A stretch of 64,000 bases of DNA from a virus. Lineage: Duplodnaviria; Caudoviricetes. Below the pieces are notes generated by a model, which made no database searches, had not been told where the DNA came from, and was given only the letters and a program-made list of their open reading frames with translations. Below, piece after piece: positions 7,595 through 19,700 of the stretch (positions are counted from its first letter, which is position 1; every line of letters begins with the position of its first letter). The position numbers were made by a program, and so were the translations under genes. The stretch lies in IMG/VR virus record IMGVR_UViG_3300032007_000054, positions 1 through 64,000 of that record. One strand, written 5' to 3'.

Positions 7595-9532
7595 ATGTCA
7601 GAAACCTATGATTTTTCAGGGTGGGCTACTCGGAATAATCTTCGTTGTTCGGATGGTCGCGTTATTTTGCGTGATGCTTTTCGGGATAACGATGGAATGA
7701 CTGTTCCGTTGGTATGGAACCACCAGCATAATGAGCCTGAAAATGTTCTCGGGCATGCACTGCTTGAGAATCGTGATGAAGGCGTTTATGCATACTGCAA
7801 ATTTAATGATACAGAGTCTGGCCGAAACGCCAAGATCCTGGTCGAACACGGCGATGTTTCTGCTCTCTCGATTTACGCTAATAAACTGAAACAGCAGGGG
7901 TCAAATGTTCTTCATGGCGCGATCCGTGAAGTAAGTTTGGTTCTTGCCGGCGCAAATCCCGGTGCTTTTATTGACTCCGTGATGGTCCATGGCGAAGGGG
8001 ACGATGATGAAGCCATTATTTATAGTGGTGAAGAAATTAACTTCGCTCATTCCGATAAGGAACCTGCGGAAAAAGAAGAATCCGAAGAAACTGTCGGTGA
8101 TGTTTTTAATACTCTTAATGATAAACAAAAAGCTGTCGTTTACGCGATGATCGGTGAAGCCCTTCGTGACAGTGCTTCTAAAGAAGAAAGCAAAGACGAA
8201 GAGTCTGAAGACGAAGAAAAAGAAGAAGTAAAGCACAGTGAAGACGAAGGAGAAGAAGATATGGCAGATAGTAAGACTATCCAGGATGTCCTGGACACTT
8301 TTGATGAAGACCAGATGGCCGTTTTGCATGCGATGATTGGCGAAGCACTCCGAGATGGTGCGAGCTACGCAGATGAACAGGCTGGAGATGAAGAGGAGGA
8401 TGAATCCGTGAAACACAATGTATTTGAAGATGAAGAAAATTATGATGAAGTTCTGAGCCACAGCGACCTTGAAGCAATTTTTGCGGATGCTAAGCACAGT
8501 TCCAGCCTGAAGGATACTTTCCTTGCTCATGGCATTACCAATATTGATTACCTGTTCCCTGAAGAACGCAATCTTGATGCGACTCCGCAGTTCATCAAGC
8601 GCGATACTGGATGGGTTAGCAAGGTTATGGGTGGAGTTCATCATACTCCGTTCAGCCGTATCCGCTCCAGTTTTGCGGATATTACCGCTGACGAAGCTCG
8701 TGCCCGTGGTTATATGAAGGGCAATCAGAAGAAAGACGAAGTATTCTCACTTCTGAAGCGTGCCACCACCCCGACAACTGTTTACAAAAAGCAGAAACTC
8801 GATCGTGATGATGTTATTGATGTCACCACGCTTGATATCGTTGCTTTCATGAAGAAAGAAATGCGCATGATGCTGGATGAGGAACTTGCTCGTGCTTTCC
8901 TGATCGGTGATGGTCGTCTTTCTTCTTCCGACGATAAGATTAATGAACAGTGCATTCGCCCGATCTGGAAGGATGCTGATCTGTTTACCGTGAAGTACCC
9001 CATTGTCCATGCGGCAAACGCTACTGATGATGAAAAGGCGAAAGCTTTCATTAAGGCTTGTGTCAAGTCCCGCAAACTGTACAAGGGTTCCGGTAATCCG
9101 ACGCTCTTCACCACTGAAGATATGCTCACTTCTATGCTTTTGCTGGAAGATCTTAACGGTCGTTTGATCTATGATTCTGTTGATAAGCTCGCTACTGTTC
9201 TTCGTGTGAAGGAAATCGTTACCGTCACTCCGATGGAAGGTCAGTCCCGCTATGATTCCAACAACAACGAACTCGTTCTTGCCGGTATTTATGTCAACAT
9301 GAATGACTATAATGTCGGTGCTGATAATGGCGGTTCTGTCAACATGTTTGATGACTTTGACATTGATTTCAATGCTCAGAAGTACCTGATCGAAACCCGC
9401 TGTTCCGGTGCGCTGACAATGCCGTTCTCTGCAGTTGCGCTTGAATTCGCGACTGTTTCTCCGGATGCTCAGGAGAGCCCGCTTGTTCCGTCAATTCCGA
9501 ATGATACCGATCACGGTTTTCCTGGTAACTAA
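7595..9532 (+). CDS. Prohead protease-scaffold-major capsid polyprotein
   Basis: N-terminal HK97-type protease (FSGWAT, WNHQH, LSIYA, EVSLVLAGANPGA), acidic linker, C-terminal capsid domain; start 7595 has AGAGGTGAG RBS. Confidence 0.88.
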   Translation: MSETYDFSGWATRNNLRCSDGRVILRDAFRDNDGMTVPLVWNHQHNEPENVLGHALLENRDEGVYAYCKFNDTESGRNAKILVEHGDVSALSIYANKLKQQGSNVLHGAIREVSLVLAGANPGAFIDSVMVHGEGDDDEAIIYSGEEINFAHSDKEPAEKEESEETVGDVFNTLNDKQKAVVYAMIGEALRDSASKEESKDEESEDEEKEEVKHSEDEGEEDMADSKTIQDVLDTFDEDQMAVLHAMIGEALRDGASYADEQAGDEEEDESVKHNVFEDEENYDEVLSHSDLEAIFADAKHSSSLKDTFLAHGITNIDYLFPEERNLDATPQFIKRDTGWVSKVMGGVHHTPFSRIRSSFADITADEARARGYMKGNQKKDEVFSLLKRATTPTTVYKKQKLDRDDVIDVTTLDIVAFMKKEMRMMLDEELARAFLIGDGRLSSSDDKINEQCIRPIWKDADLFTVKYPIVHAANATDDEKAKAFIKACVKSRKLYKGSGNPTLFTTEDMLTSMLLLEDLNGRLIYDSVDKLATVLRVKEIVTVTPMEGQSRYDSNNNELVLAGIYVNMNDYNVGADNGGSVNMFDDFDIDFNAQKYLIETRCSGALTMPFSAVALEFATVSPDAQESPLVPSIPNDTDHGFPGN

Positions 9533-9547
9533 TTGAATTAATTCAAA

Positions 9548-9862
9548 ATGGCAAGGTTTTGTGGAAAAATCGGCTATGCTGTTCAATCAGAAACGGCTCC
9601 CGGGGTATGGACAGAATCCATAAAAGAACGCATTTATTATGGTGATGAAACTCGTAATGCGCGGCGTTTGCAAAGTTCTGGACACCAGAATGATGATATT
9701 GAGATTTCCAATCGTTTGAGCATCATAGCCGATCCCTTTGCCTATGAAAATTTTCATGCCATGCGGTATGTGATTTATATGGGATCGAAATGGAAGATAT
9801 CTGAAGTTGAGGTCCAACGACCTCGGCTTATTTTATCTTTGGGAGGACTCTATAATGAGTAG
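9548..9862 (+). CDS. Head closure/stopper protein
   Basis: 104 aa after capsid; SPP1 gp16-like size and pattern. Confidence 0.65.
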   Translation: MARFCGKIGYAVQSETAPGVWTESIKERIYYGDETRNARRLQSSGHQNDDIEISNRLSIIADPFAYENFHAMRYVIYMGSKWKISEVEVQRPRLILSLGGLYNE

Positions 9863-10160
9863 ACGAATTGAGCTTCAGGGGATTCTTGAAGGAATTCTTG
9901 GCAGCAGAAATGTCTACTTTGAGCCTCCTTCCAATGTTCGAATGAATTACCCCGCGATTGTATATACCCGAAAGAGCATTGATAATCTTTCGGCTGATGA
10001 TGGTGTATATAAACAAGACACCGCGTATGAAGTCATCGTTATAGATCAAAATCCAGATAGCCATATTGTTTATGATATTTCTAGGCTTCCGAAATGTAGA
10101 CATACTTCTCATTTTGTTAGCGAAAATTTAAATCACGATGGCTTTACACTTTACTATTAA
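9855..10160 (+). CDS. Tail terminator protein
   Basis: VYFEPP...YPAIVY motif; ATG 9855 with GGAGG. Confidence 0.65.
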   Translation: MSRRIELQGILEGILGSRNVYFEPPSNVRMNYPAIVYTRKSIDNLSADDGVYKQDTAYEVIVIDQNPDSHIVYDISRLPKCRHTSHFVSENLNHDGFTLYY

Positions 10161-10177
10161 TTATAGGAGAAATTATT

Positions 10178-10873
10178 ATGAGTAAAATTGTTTGGGATGC
10201 TTCTGGTGCTCATCTTTATGAAACTGGTTTGAAAAACGGGGTTCTGTACCCCTATGATTCTACAAATGGTTATAAGCCGGGTGTTGCTTGGAACGGCCTG
10301 AGTTCTGTTTCCGAAAGTCCGTCCGGTGCTGAAGCGAATGCTATTTATGCGGATGATATTAAATACCTGAACCTGTATTCCGCTGAGGAATTCGGTGCTA
10401 CTATTGAATGCTACACTTACCCTGATGAATGGGCCGAATGTGATGGCTCTGCTGCTCTGACTGACGGTGTTATGCTTGGCCAGCAGCCTCGTAAGACCTT
10501 TGGTCTGTGCTATCGCACTGTTATTGGTAATGATACTGAAGGTGATGCTCATGGCTACAAGCTGCATCTGATTTATGGTTGTAAGGCTTCTCCTTCCGAA
10601 CGTCAGTATCAGACGATCAATGACTCTCCGGAAGCGATCACCTTCAGCTATGAAATCAGCACCATTCCGGTGAATGTCTCTGGTCATAACCCGGTTTCCT
10701 GCATCACTATTGATTCAACGAAAGTTGATTCTGAGAAGCTTGCTATTCTTGAAGATGTTCTTTATGGTAAGGATGCTACTACTGGTACAAATGCCTCCGA
10801 AGCTACTGACCCGTGGCTTCCTCTTCCGGATCAGGTTTATACCATTATTACTACCGGTCAGGTTCCGGCTTAA
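10178..10873 (+). CDS. Major tail protein
   Basis: YETGLKNGVLY...AWNGL...ESPSGAE...YADDIKY pattern typical of siphovirus tail tube proteins. Confidence 0.85.
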   Translation: MSKIVWDASGAHLYETGLKNGVLYPYDSTNGYKPGVAWNGLSSVSESPSGAEANAIYADDIKYLNLYSAEEFGATIECYTYPDEWAECDGSAALTDGVMLGQQPRKTFGLCYRTVIGNDTEGDAHGYKLHLIYGCKASPSERQYQTINDSPEAITFSYEISTIPVNVSGHNPVSCITIDSTKVDSEKLAILEDVLYGKDATTGTNASEATDPWLPLPDQVYTIITTGQVPA

Positions 10874-10888
10874 TTAGATAATTTTAGT

Positions 10889-10922
10889 TGAGGGAGTTTC
10901 TTAAGTGAGACTCCCTCTTCTT
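10889..10922 (+). terminator. Hairpin after major tail gene
   Basis: GAGGGAGTTTC-ttaagt-GAGACTCCCTC. Confidence 0.55.
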
Positions 10923-10950
10923 CATTTAAAAACGAAAGGAACATTTAATA

Positions 10951-11364
10951 ATGTTAGTAAAGCGTATTGCATATACTGATTACAATGGAACAAAACGTGA
11001 AGAAGATTTTTATTTCAACCTTTCCAAGGCTGAAATTATGGAAATGGAAATGAGCACCACCGGTGGCCTGACTGAAATGATCAATCGTATTATTGAAACT
11101 CAGGATGCGCCGTCGATTATTAAGGTCTTCAAAGATATTATCATGAAGTCTTATGGTGAGAAGAGCCCTGATGGTAAGCGTTTTGTAAAAACGAAAGAGC
11201 TTGCTGAAGCTTTTTCACAGACAGAGGCCTATTCTGAGCTGTTCATGGAGCTCGCCTCTGATTCAGACGCTGCATCTAAGTTTGTGAACGGTATTATCCC
11301 TGCAGACATGGCTGCGGAAGTGGCTAAACAGCAGAAACAGGCAACTTTGCCTTCTGCTAATTGA
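10951..11364 (+). CDS. Tail assembly chaperone
   Basis: Follows major tail gene; FYFNLSKAE...SYGEKSPDGKRF. Confidence 0.75.
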   Translation: MLVKRIAYTDYNGTKREEDFYFNLSKAEIMEMEMSTTGGLTEMINRIIETQDAPSIIKVFKDIIMKSYGEKSPDGKRFVKTKELAEAFSQTEAYSELFMELASDSDAASKFVNGIIPADMAAEVAKQQKQATLPSAN

Positions 11365-11379
11365 TAGAGATAAATAGTT

Positions 11380-11919
11380 ATGCTCCATTTGGCAATTAAT
11401 TCGCGTGAAGAATGGAATGAGACAAGTCAGGAATTTGTTTATACCAAAGGTCAAGCGCTTCAATTGGAGCATTCTCTTGTCTCAATTTCAAAATGGGAAG
11501 CAAAATGGTGTAAACCTTTTCTTTCTAAAGAACCAAAAACTTTTGAAGAAACAATGGATTATATTCGATGCATGACATTGACACAGAATGTTAATCCAAA
11601 AGTGTATGATCTTTTTACGAAAGAAAACATTCAGAAGGTAAATGAGTATATTGAATCTCCGATGACTGCTACCTATGTTCGGGAAATGCCTGGACCTAAG
11701 GGGCATGAGACAATTACTTCAGAATTGATCTATTATTGGATGATTTCATATAATATTCCTTTTGAATGCCAGAAGTGGCATTTGAACAGGCTTCTGACTT
11801 TGATCAGGGTTTGCAGCATTAAAAATACTCCCGCAAAAAAGCAAAATCCGCGAGACATAATGAGCCGAAACGCCGCACTGAATGCAGCTCGAAGAAAACA
11901 ATTGAACAGTAAAGGATAG
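11380..11919 (+). CDS. Second tail assembly chaperone
   Basis: LEHSLVSISKWE...WHLNRLLTLI conserved pattern; position. Confidence 0.65.
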   Translation: MLHLAINSREEWNETSQEFVYTKGQALQLEHSLVSISKWEAKWCKPFLSKEPKTFEETMDYIRCMTLTQNVNPKVYDLFTKENIQKVNEYIESPMTATYVREMPGPKGHETITSELIYYWMISYNIPFECQKWHLNRLLTLIRVCSIKNTPAKKQNPRDIMSRNAALNAARRKQLNSKG

Positions 11920-11922
11920 AGT

Positions 11923-12267
11923 ATGGAACTAGACAGCGGAACATTAATTGCTATAGGCGGTTTGGTGGTCATTATTGTTGGGATTGTTGTAAAACAATGG
12001 TTCACCAAATTTATCGATAAGAAGTTTGATAGTGTGTATATTAAACAGGAACAGAACGAAAAAGAGCGTGAAATGGATAATTACATCACGCTTCGTGGTC
12101 AACAGGTTATGTGTGATTGTCTTCATTATCTTTCTTTGTCTGCCCTTAAAGGAGACCACATTGAAGATATTGAAGCCTCAAATAGAGAACTTGATGAATT
12201 TCGTACTTTGCTGAATCGTACAATCACTGAAAAAGCTTCTCGGTATAACATTGTTATCGATCATTAA
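11923..12267 (+). CDS. Holin-like or lysis-associated membrane protein
   Basis: One N-terminal TM helix plus coiled coil, directly before holin and endolysin. Confidence 0.5.
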   Translation: MELDSGTLIAIGGLVVIIVGIVVKQWFTKFIDKKFDSVYIKQEQNEKEREMDNYITLRGQQVMCDCLHYLSLSALKGDHIEDIEASNRELDEFRTLLNRTITEKASRYNIVIDH

Positions 12268-12278
12268 AGGAAAAAGCT

Positions 12279-12647
12279 GTGAATATGGAACTTTTTAATA
12301 AAATGCTTCAGGCCGTTCTTGAGGTCGCGCTCCCGATGCTTGTTGCCTCGGCTGCCGGATTGATGATCGGCAAATGTATTGAAATTTTCAAAAAAGTTCG
12401 GGATAAGAATCCTGAATTGTATGAGATCCTTGTAGTGATTTCGAAAAAAGCAGTTGAAGCTGCTGAACAGATTTTTGGTGGAGGCAGAGGTCAGGAAAAG
12501 AAAGAATATGCTAAGATGGTCATTAAAAAGTATCTTTCTGCAAAAGGCATTATTCTTGATCTTGACGTGATTGAAGCTTACATTGAAGCTGCTGTAAAAG
12601 AACTGAAGTTGAATGGAGAAGAACTTCCGCCGAAAGTTGAGGGATGA
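12279..12647 (+). CDS. Phage holin (LL-H-like)
   Basis: N-terminal TM; AVEAAEQ...G.G.EKK.YA...IEAAV pattern. Confidence 0.7.
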   Translation: MNMELFNKMLQAVLEVALPMLVASAAGLMIGKCIEIFKKVRDKNPELYEILVVISKKAVEAAEQIFGGGRGQEKKEYAKMVIKKYLSAKGIILDLDVIEAYIEAAVKELKLNGEELPPKVEG

Positions 12648-13324
12648 TGTCTTATCGTCAGCCTTTTAGCGGTTCCTGGCCGATAACTCAGTATTATGGG
12701 GAAACGGTAACTTCTTCATTTCATACCGGTATTGATTATGGATGTCCTTTAGGTACAGCCATTATGGCTTCTGAGGCAGGCATTATTCGTTATGCAGCTT
12801 ATGATCAGACCGGTTATGGATATTGTGTAATTATTGAGCATGATATAAAACATGCAACTCTTTATGCGCATCTTAGTGCTATTCGCTTTACTGCTGTTGG
12901 CAGAAAGGTTCAGCAGGGTGAAGTGATCGGTTATTCCGGAAGTAGCGGAAACTCAACGGGACCGCATTTGCATTTCGAAGCAAGGACGACATGGAATGAT
13001 TTTCGAACTCATTTTAATCCGTTTAATCTTCCGATGATGTCCGTCGACGATACAATTTCAGATTATGTTCCTTCAGAAACTTATGAGGAATTTCATCCTC
13101 AGGAGATCGAACCTGGAATTGTTTCAATCGTTGCACCTTCCGGTGCATTTAATCATAATTGCAATTTTTCTGAAAAAGTTGCATATCCTTACGGGACAAA
13201 ATATTACTATACTGGAAATACAGTTGAAAAAAACGGATTGATATTTTGTGAATGTCTTCCTTTTTATAATGCTGTATGGATTGCGCGTAATAATGAGGAT
13301 ACACAGATCCTTTTGAATGAATGA
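12644..13324 (+). CDS. M23 family peptidase endolysin
   Basis: HTGID and GNSTGPHLHFE zinc-binding motifs. Confidence 0.88.
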   Translation: MMSYRQPFSGSWPITQYYGETVTSSFHTGIDYGCPLGTAIMASEAGIIRYAAYDQTGYGYCVIIEHDIKHATLYAHLSAIRFTAVGRKVQQGEVIGYSGSSGNSTGPHLHFEARTTWNDFRTHFNPFNLPMMSVDDTISDYVPSETYEEFHPQEIEPGIVSIVAPSGAFNHNCNFSEKVAYPYGTKYYYTGNTVEKNGLIFCECLPFYNAVWIARNNEDTQILLNE

Positions 13325-13353
13325 GGGGTTGGATTTCAGCCCCTCATTTTCTT
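13324..13353 (+). terminator. Terminator after endolysin
   Basis: GAGGGG-ttggatttcag-CCCCTC followed by attttcttt. Confidence 0.55.
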
Positions 13354-13421
13354 TAAATTTGACATTTTCAGGCTGTTTTCGCGAAAAAAGCAGCTTGTTT
13401 TAATTTTTTATGGTGGTGCAG

Positions 13422-13799
13422 ATGATTAAGTTCAGACATCAGGGCAATTTTAAAAAATTGACAAATTACTTTGAACAGTTAAAAGAAACCATGAATCTCG
13501 GCATTTTGGATAAGTATGGTCAAAAAGGTGTTGATGCTCTGAAATCTGTTACTCCGGTACGTACAGGATTGACGAGAGATTCATGGTATTACCAGATAGA
13601 ACATAATAAAGGTTCCGTTTCAATCAGATTTTTAAACTCAAACATTCAAAATGGCCAAAACATCGCCATTATTCTTGACATCGGTCACGGAACACGTGGT
13701 GGCGGATGGGTTCGAGGGCTACATTATATTGAGCCTGCCATTCAGCCTATTTTTGAAGAACTTGCGCAAGCTTCTTGGGAGGAGGTTAAAAATCTATGA
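13422..13799 (+). CDS. HK97 gp10-like tail completion protein
   Basis: TPVRTGLT...W...A.ILD.GHGTR.GG.V.G..YI.PA pattern. Confidence 0.7.
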   Translation: MIKFRHQGNFKKLTNYFEQLKETMNLGILDKYGQKGVDALKSVTPVRTGLTRDSWYYQIEHNKGSVSIRFLNSNIQNGQNIAIILDIGHGTRGGGWVRGLHYIEPAIQPIFEELAQASWEEVKNL

Positions 13800-16700
13800 G
13801 CGATGGACTTCTTGATGAACGTGTTGTTGAGATGCGGTTTGATAATGCCGACTTTGAACGAAATGTTAATCAAAGCATCAAGACAATTGATAAATTAAAA
13901 GAATCTCTGGATTTTGAGAATGCCGGAGAAAGTTTTGAAAATATTTCTGCAGCAGCTGCTAAGTGTGACATGAAGCCTCTTGAGGATTCTCTTGAGGGAA
14001 TTACTGTAAAGTTTAATATGCTTGAAATGGTTGCTGCGAACGTACTTGGCAATATTACAAGTAAAATTGTTGATGCCGGTGCAAAGATGGCAAAATCTTT
14101 GACCGTTGATCAGCTGACAGCTGGTTGGGCAAAATATGACCAAAAAACAGCTGCTGTTCAGACAATTATTTCTGCTACCAGTGAAAGCATCGATGTTGTA
14201 AATCAGAAGCTTGAGAAGTTGATCTGGTTTGCTGACGAGACTTCTTATGATTTTGTTGACATGGTCAATAATATTGGTAAGTTTACATCTGCAGGTGTTG
14301 ATCTTGATACCGCTGTCGACTCAATGATGGGTATTTCTAACTGGGCAGCAGCTTCAGGTGCTGGCATTCAGCAGGCAAGTCGGGCAATGTATAATCTTTC
14401 TCAGGCAATCGGCATGGGCTATGTTGGTCTTACAGATTGGCGTTCGATCGAGCTTGCCAATATGGCTACAAAAGAATTTAAAGAGACTGTTATTGAAACC
14501 GCGCTTGAAATGGGAACCTTACAGCAAACAGCAGATGGTACTGTTAAAACTTTAAATGGTAAATTTGAAGTTACTGCTGAAAACATGCGTAATTCATTAA
14601 AGGAGCAATGGTTCTCAACAGATGTTTTAAATTCTGCTTTGAAAAAATATAATGAATTTGCTAATCTTGTTCACGATCGTCAGGAACAATGGGCTGAAGA
14701 ACATGATGGAGCATATCTTACTGTATCCAGAACAATTCAACTCCTTGAATCAGAAGGTGTTGCAATGGATACACTTGGCGCTAAAGCATTTATGCGTGCC
14801 CAGGAAGCAACAAAATTCTCTGAAGCTGTAGCTGCAACGGCAGATGCCGTATCATCCGGTTGGATGAGAACTTTTGAAATTATTTTTGGTAATTACGAAC
14901 AGGCAAAGAAACTTTGGACTGATTTGGCAAATGACATGTATGATGTTTTTGCCAGTGGTGGCGAACGTCGTAATGATATGCTTTCTGATATAATGCAATC
15001 CAATTATCAGAAAATGCTTAATGAAATGCCAGATGGCAATGAAATGAATGATCGTCTTTACGATAAACTTTATGAGATGACTAAGAATAATCTTGGTGTT
15101 GATGCTGCTGATCAGTTATTTTCAGCTTATACCTCTCTTGAAGATTTATTGAAAGATAATGCTGATTATATATATAATTCATCACTTGAAGATGCATTTA
15201 AACAAGTAGCAGTTGATTTTGATAAAGAGGCAGACGCTGCTTTAAAGTTATCAAAGCAACTTAAAGCGGGAACAGTTTCATTAAAACAGACAGTTCTTCG
15301 TCTTGTTGGCGGACAGTTTGGAAATGAAATTGAAACACAGAAAAAAGAAGTAGAAAAACTTGGTTATAACTATGAAATGCTTAGCGAACTTGCTGAAGAA
15401 TATAAAGCAGGTTTAGAAATTCCATGGGATCAATATCAGAGTGATTTTGTCGAATACTTGGATGAACAGTATTCTTCTTATAAAACATTCGTAAAGAAGA
15501 TTACAGAATTATTGCCAGAAGAAGGATTTTTTGGCAGTTTGACAGAATTTGGCGGCCGAGATAAATTAATTGGCGGATTTCAGAATTTAATTGATACTTT
15601 TAAAAATTTGTATTTAACGATTGTTGAAATTGGAAATGGTATCTCAGATTTAACTGGTTCAGGAAGTTTTCTTGAAAAATTGATTAATGGTTTTTCTTTT
15701 TTTACAAATGTACTCAATTATTCAGATGAGGCATTTGAAGGAGTTCAAGAAGGTATTTATAACTTTTTTCATGGTGGTCTTCAGACGAAATGGAATCGTT
15801 TCTGGCATGGCTATGATGTAAAAGATGTATTAGAAAATAATAAAGCAGCTTTTTCTGGTTTTTGGGGCGATATTGAAAAAGCTCATGTTCCAGGGATGCT
15901 CGATCATATTTTTTCTATATATAAAGATCATCTTGCTGTTTTGCCGGCCAATGTATCTAAGACAATCGAGAAAGTTAGAGTTGAGCTATCAACGTTTTTT
16001 GGATCTATTCCTCAAAAAATAAATGAAATAAAAGAAAAAATTTTTGGGAAATTTGAGATACATGAAGTACAAAGTTTATTTTCAAATAATGTTGATACTG
16101 TCATAACTCATACTGGTGGTCTTCTAAATGATTTAAAAGACAAAATTCGTAGTCTTGGTAATGGTCTTGGTGGAAAGATATTTGACGGATTATTGAATAC
16201 CATCAAAAAAGTCGCTGATTTTATGTTTGGTTATCAAAAGGAAGATGGAACTCCGATTGAGGGCGCTTTTGTCAGAATTTATGATAAAGCAACTGCTTTC
16301 TGGGAAAGACTAAAAGATATAGGAAAGAAACTTAATGATATTTTTAGTCCTGTTAAAGATTTTTTCTTTGGCATAAAAGACGCTGAAGGGAAAATTATTA
16401 AAAACAATATTTTTGGCAAATTTGGTACAGCTGTAAGAATATTAGTTGATTCTCCCGCTTATAAATCGATTCATGATTTTCTATTTGGTCGAAAGAATGA
16501 AAAAGGTGAAACCGAGAAAAAGAATATATTTGGCAAAATCGGGACCGCGATCGATTTAATAGCAAAATCATCGGCATATCAGTCCATTCATGACTTTATA
16601 TTTGGTAAAAAAGGCGAGAATGGGTCTGATGATATCCCGAATTTATTTGGAAAGATCAGCGGATTAATTATACAGATAACAGAATCTTCTGCTTATAAAT

Positions 16701-19700
16701 CAATACATGATTTTGTTTTTGGTGGTGGACAGGAAAACGAGCCAAATATATTTTATAAGATCAAATATGCTGTTCGGGATATATTTGATTCTCCTGCTTT
16801 TCAGGCGATTCATGATTTTATATTTGGTAAAAAGACCACCGATTCCGGAATGAAAAACGCTGCTGGCGGTATTTTTTCAACAAAAGAGCAGCTTGAACAA
16901 TTAAATCTTTTTGAACGTATTCGTGCGATTTTATATGATATAAAAACTTTATTATTTGGTTATGATAAAGAAACATTGAGCATGGATACATTAGAAGAAA
17001 CAGTTGTTCATGTTGATGGTAAATTAACTCCGATTATTCAAAAAATAAAAGATATTACTAAAGCTGTAATAAATGCAGTAAATAATTTTCGTAGATGGTT
17101 AGGACTTGATTGGGAAAAGACTGATGATGGTTTTAAAAGAATTCCTGGTGCTATCGATTCTATAAAAGCAAAATATGATGCATTTGTTTCATCTGAGGCT
17201 TTTCAAACAGTTAAACGATTTATTTTTGGAGAAAAAGATTCTGAAGGAAATGCTATACAAAATAATATTTTTGGAAAACTCGGAATTGCTATTGGGACTT
17301 TAAAAGAGCAAGCAAAAAATCTTCCAGATACTTTTCTAACATTTTTCCTCGGTCCTGTTAATGAAGAAGGAAAACGAACTGAAAATTTATTTAAAAGGCT
17401 TCCTGGTTATATTCAGAAAGCTAAAACTGGAATTATGGATTTTTTTCTTGGACAGAAAAAATATGCTGGACGAATATGGAATAATGAGACGGGACAATGG
17501 GAAGATCGTTATATTCGTGAAGGTAATTTAATAGATCGTTTAAAAGAAAAATTTGAACAATTAAAAGCAGATCATCCTTGGTTTGCTTCTTTTTGTTCTT
17601 ATATTGAAACAAAAATTAGAGATATAAAAAAGATATTTGCAGATGCGAATGGATCTGTTACGACTGCTCTTGAAAATTTAAGAAAATATTTATTTGGCTA
17701 TGATGTAGACAAAAAAGGCGGATTATTTAATTTATCAGATCAAACAGAGCATATTCAAGGGCTATTTGGTCGATTAAAAGAAAGTATATCTTCTGTATTT
17801 TCTGGAAATAAAAAAGAAGGCAATAATTTTATTGAAACTATTTTAGATTTTTTCACAAATAAGAAAATAAACAATCTGAATGTAAATATTGGTTCAAAAG
17901 AGTCTCCAATTGTTTCAGCAATAAAAAGTATTATTTTAACAATTGCATCTCTTAAACTTCTCTTATTTGGAAGTAATTTAAGTGGCTTATTAGCATCTTT
18001 AAAGAGACATTTAGATATTTCTGATTTTATTGATACTCTTGGTGAATTTGCAACTTCTATAGCATTGATAGCAGGTACATTAATCGTATTAACTGGATTT
18101 GTAAAGATTCTTAAAGGAAATTACGAATCATTGAAGATTGCAGGTTGGCTAATACTTGGAATAATGGGTGCTTTGGTTTTGTTCGTGAATCTTATTTCTG
18201 ATATTGAAATTGAGAAAAAAGATGGAACGAAATTTGAAAAATCTGTATCCCCTTGGGTTGTAACGTTGATGACAACTTTAGGCATCATTATTGCTGAAAT
18301 AGCAGCAATAATGGCGATTATGATGTTGGTAGTAAAGATCGCTGGACCAGAAGTAGTTCAAGAAGCAGCTAATATTATTACTGGTATTTTTATAGCTCTT
18401 GCCGTACTTGTTGCTGCTATATCATATGTTCCAAAAGATAGTGATGCAAAAAAGATGGCTACTAAATCGACTGCATTGTTTGGAATAGCGGCGATTTTAT
18501 TAGCTATGACTCCTTTATTATTATCAATGGCTGCTGTATTTGTTAGTTTATCAGTATTGCGACATTTTGATACTAATTGGGAAGCAGAATTATGGGTACT
18601 TGGAGGGATGCTTGGATTTATTACTGCATTTATTGTTTTACTTCAAGTATTGCCAAATAAAGGTGTAAATCTTAGTTTACTTGGAGGACTAGCTCTTATC
18701 GCTATAATGATAAAAGAGCTAGGTGCAATAATTACAAGTTTTTCCTTATTAGCAAAACTTTCTGGATCTTATAGTTATATTATTGCTGCAGCTGCTTCTA
18801 TTGGAGGTTTGTTGGTAGTAATAGGCCTTTTAGCTGCTGGCTTATCAGCTATTAAACCTATAAATGGAAGCGTTATTGCAAGCATTGTAGCTATTGCGGT
18901 TGTTATTGCTGCTATTGGAGGCGCGATATCATTAATGATATCTGTTTCTAAAGATTTGGAAAATATGGATCTTTTGTTGTCCATATTGCAAGGAATGACA
19001 ACTCTTTTACTTGGTATTACTGCATCATTAGTAATTCTTTCTGGAATTAAAAAAATAGATTGGAAAGCATTTGGCTATCTAGGAATGATGATAGTTGCTG
19101 TTGGTCTTTTAGGCGGATTGGTTGTTGCTTTATCTTGGCTAGGAAAGCAGGCTGGTCTTGAAAATAGTTATACTGCAATATTGCCAATGTTAGCTGGTAT
19201 TGTTGAAATTGCTGGGACTATGATAATTGTTGCTGCTGCAATATATGCTATGGGTGCAATCGGAAAAGCTATAGCACCCATGGTTGGAGAAGCTATATTA
19301 ATGATTCTTGGTGTTGTTGGTGTAGTTGGTGTATTAGCAGCAATTCCACAGATTATTGATCATTTTGCTGGCGAAGGAACCGTTCTTGAATCTATAGAAT
19401 ATCTTGTTCAGATTATAGAAACTCTCGCTGGAGGTCTTGGTAAAGCAATTGGAGCATTTATTGGTGGTATTGGATCAGGCTTAGTTGATTCATTTACAGG
19501 AGTTGTTGATTCTCTTGTCAAAGTGGCAAATAAAATAAAAGATGAATTTCTTCCTGCTATTAGTGAATTTACTCTTGAAGATGCTGCCCAGGCCGGTATG
19601 ATGGCAACAATAATGCTTGGAGCCTTTACAGCAGAAGCTTTAGGTGCACTTACTGTTCTTATAGATGCATTAGTACCAAATGGTGCAATTGAAAGCACTC

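Noticed and set aside
7901-8644. Long minus-strand ORFs (also 21029-21646, 57428-58219, 63063-63656 and others)
   Set aside because: They lie wholly opposite well-supported genes, lack RBSs and show antisense-shadow composition.
11340-11385. Programmed frameshift or readthrough joining the tail chaperones
   Set aside because: The two ORFs are in the same frame but separated by three stops (TGA, TAG, TAA), and no XXXYYYZ slippery site is evident.
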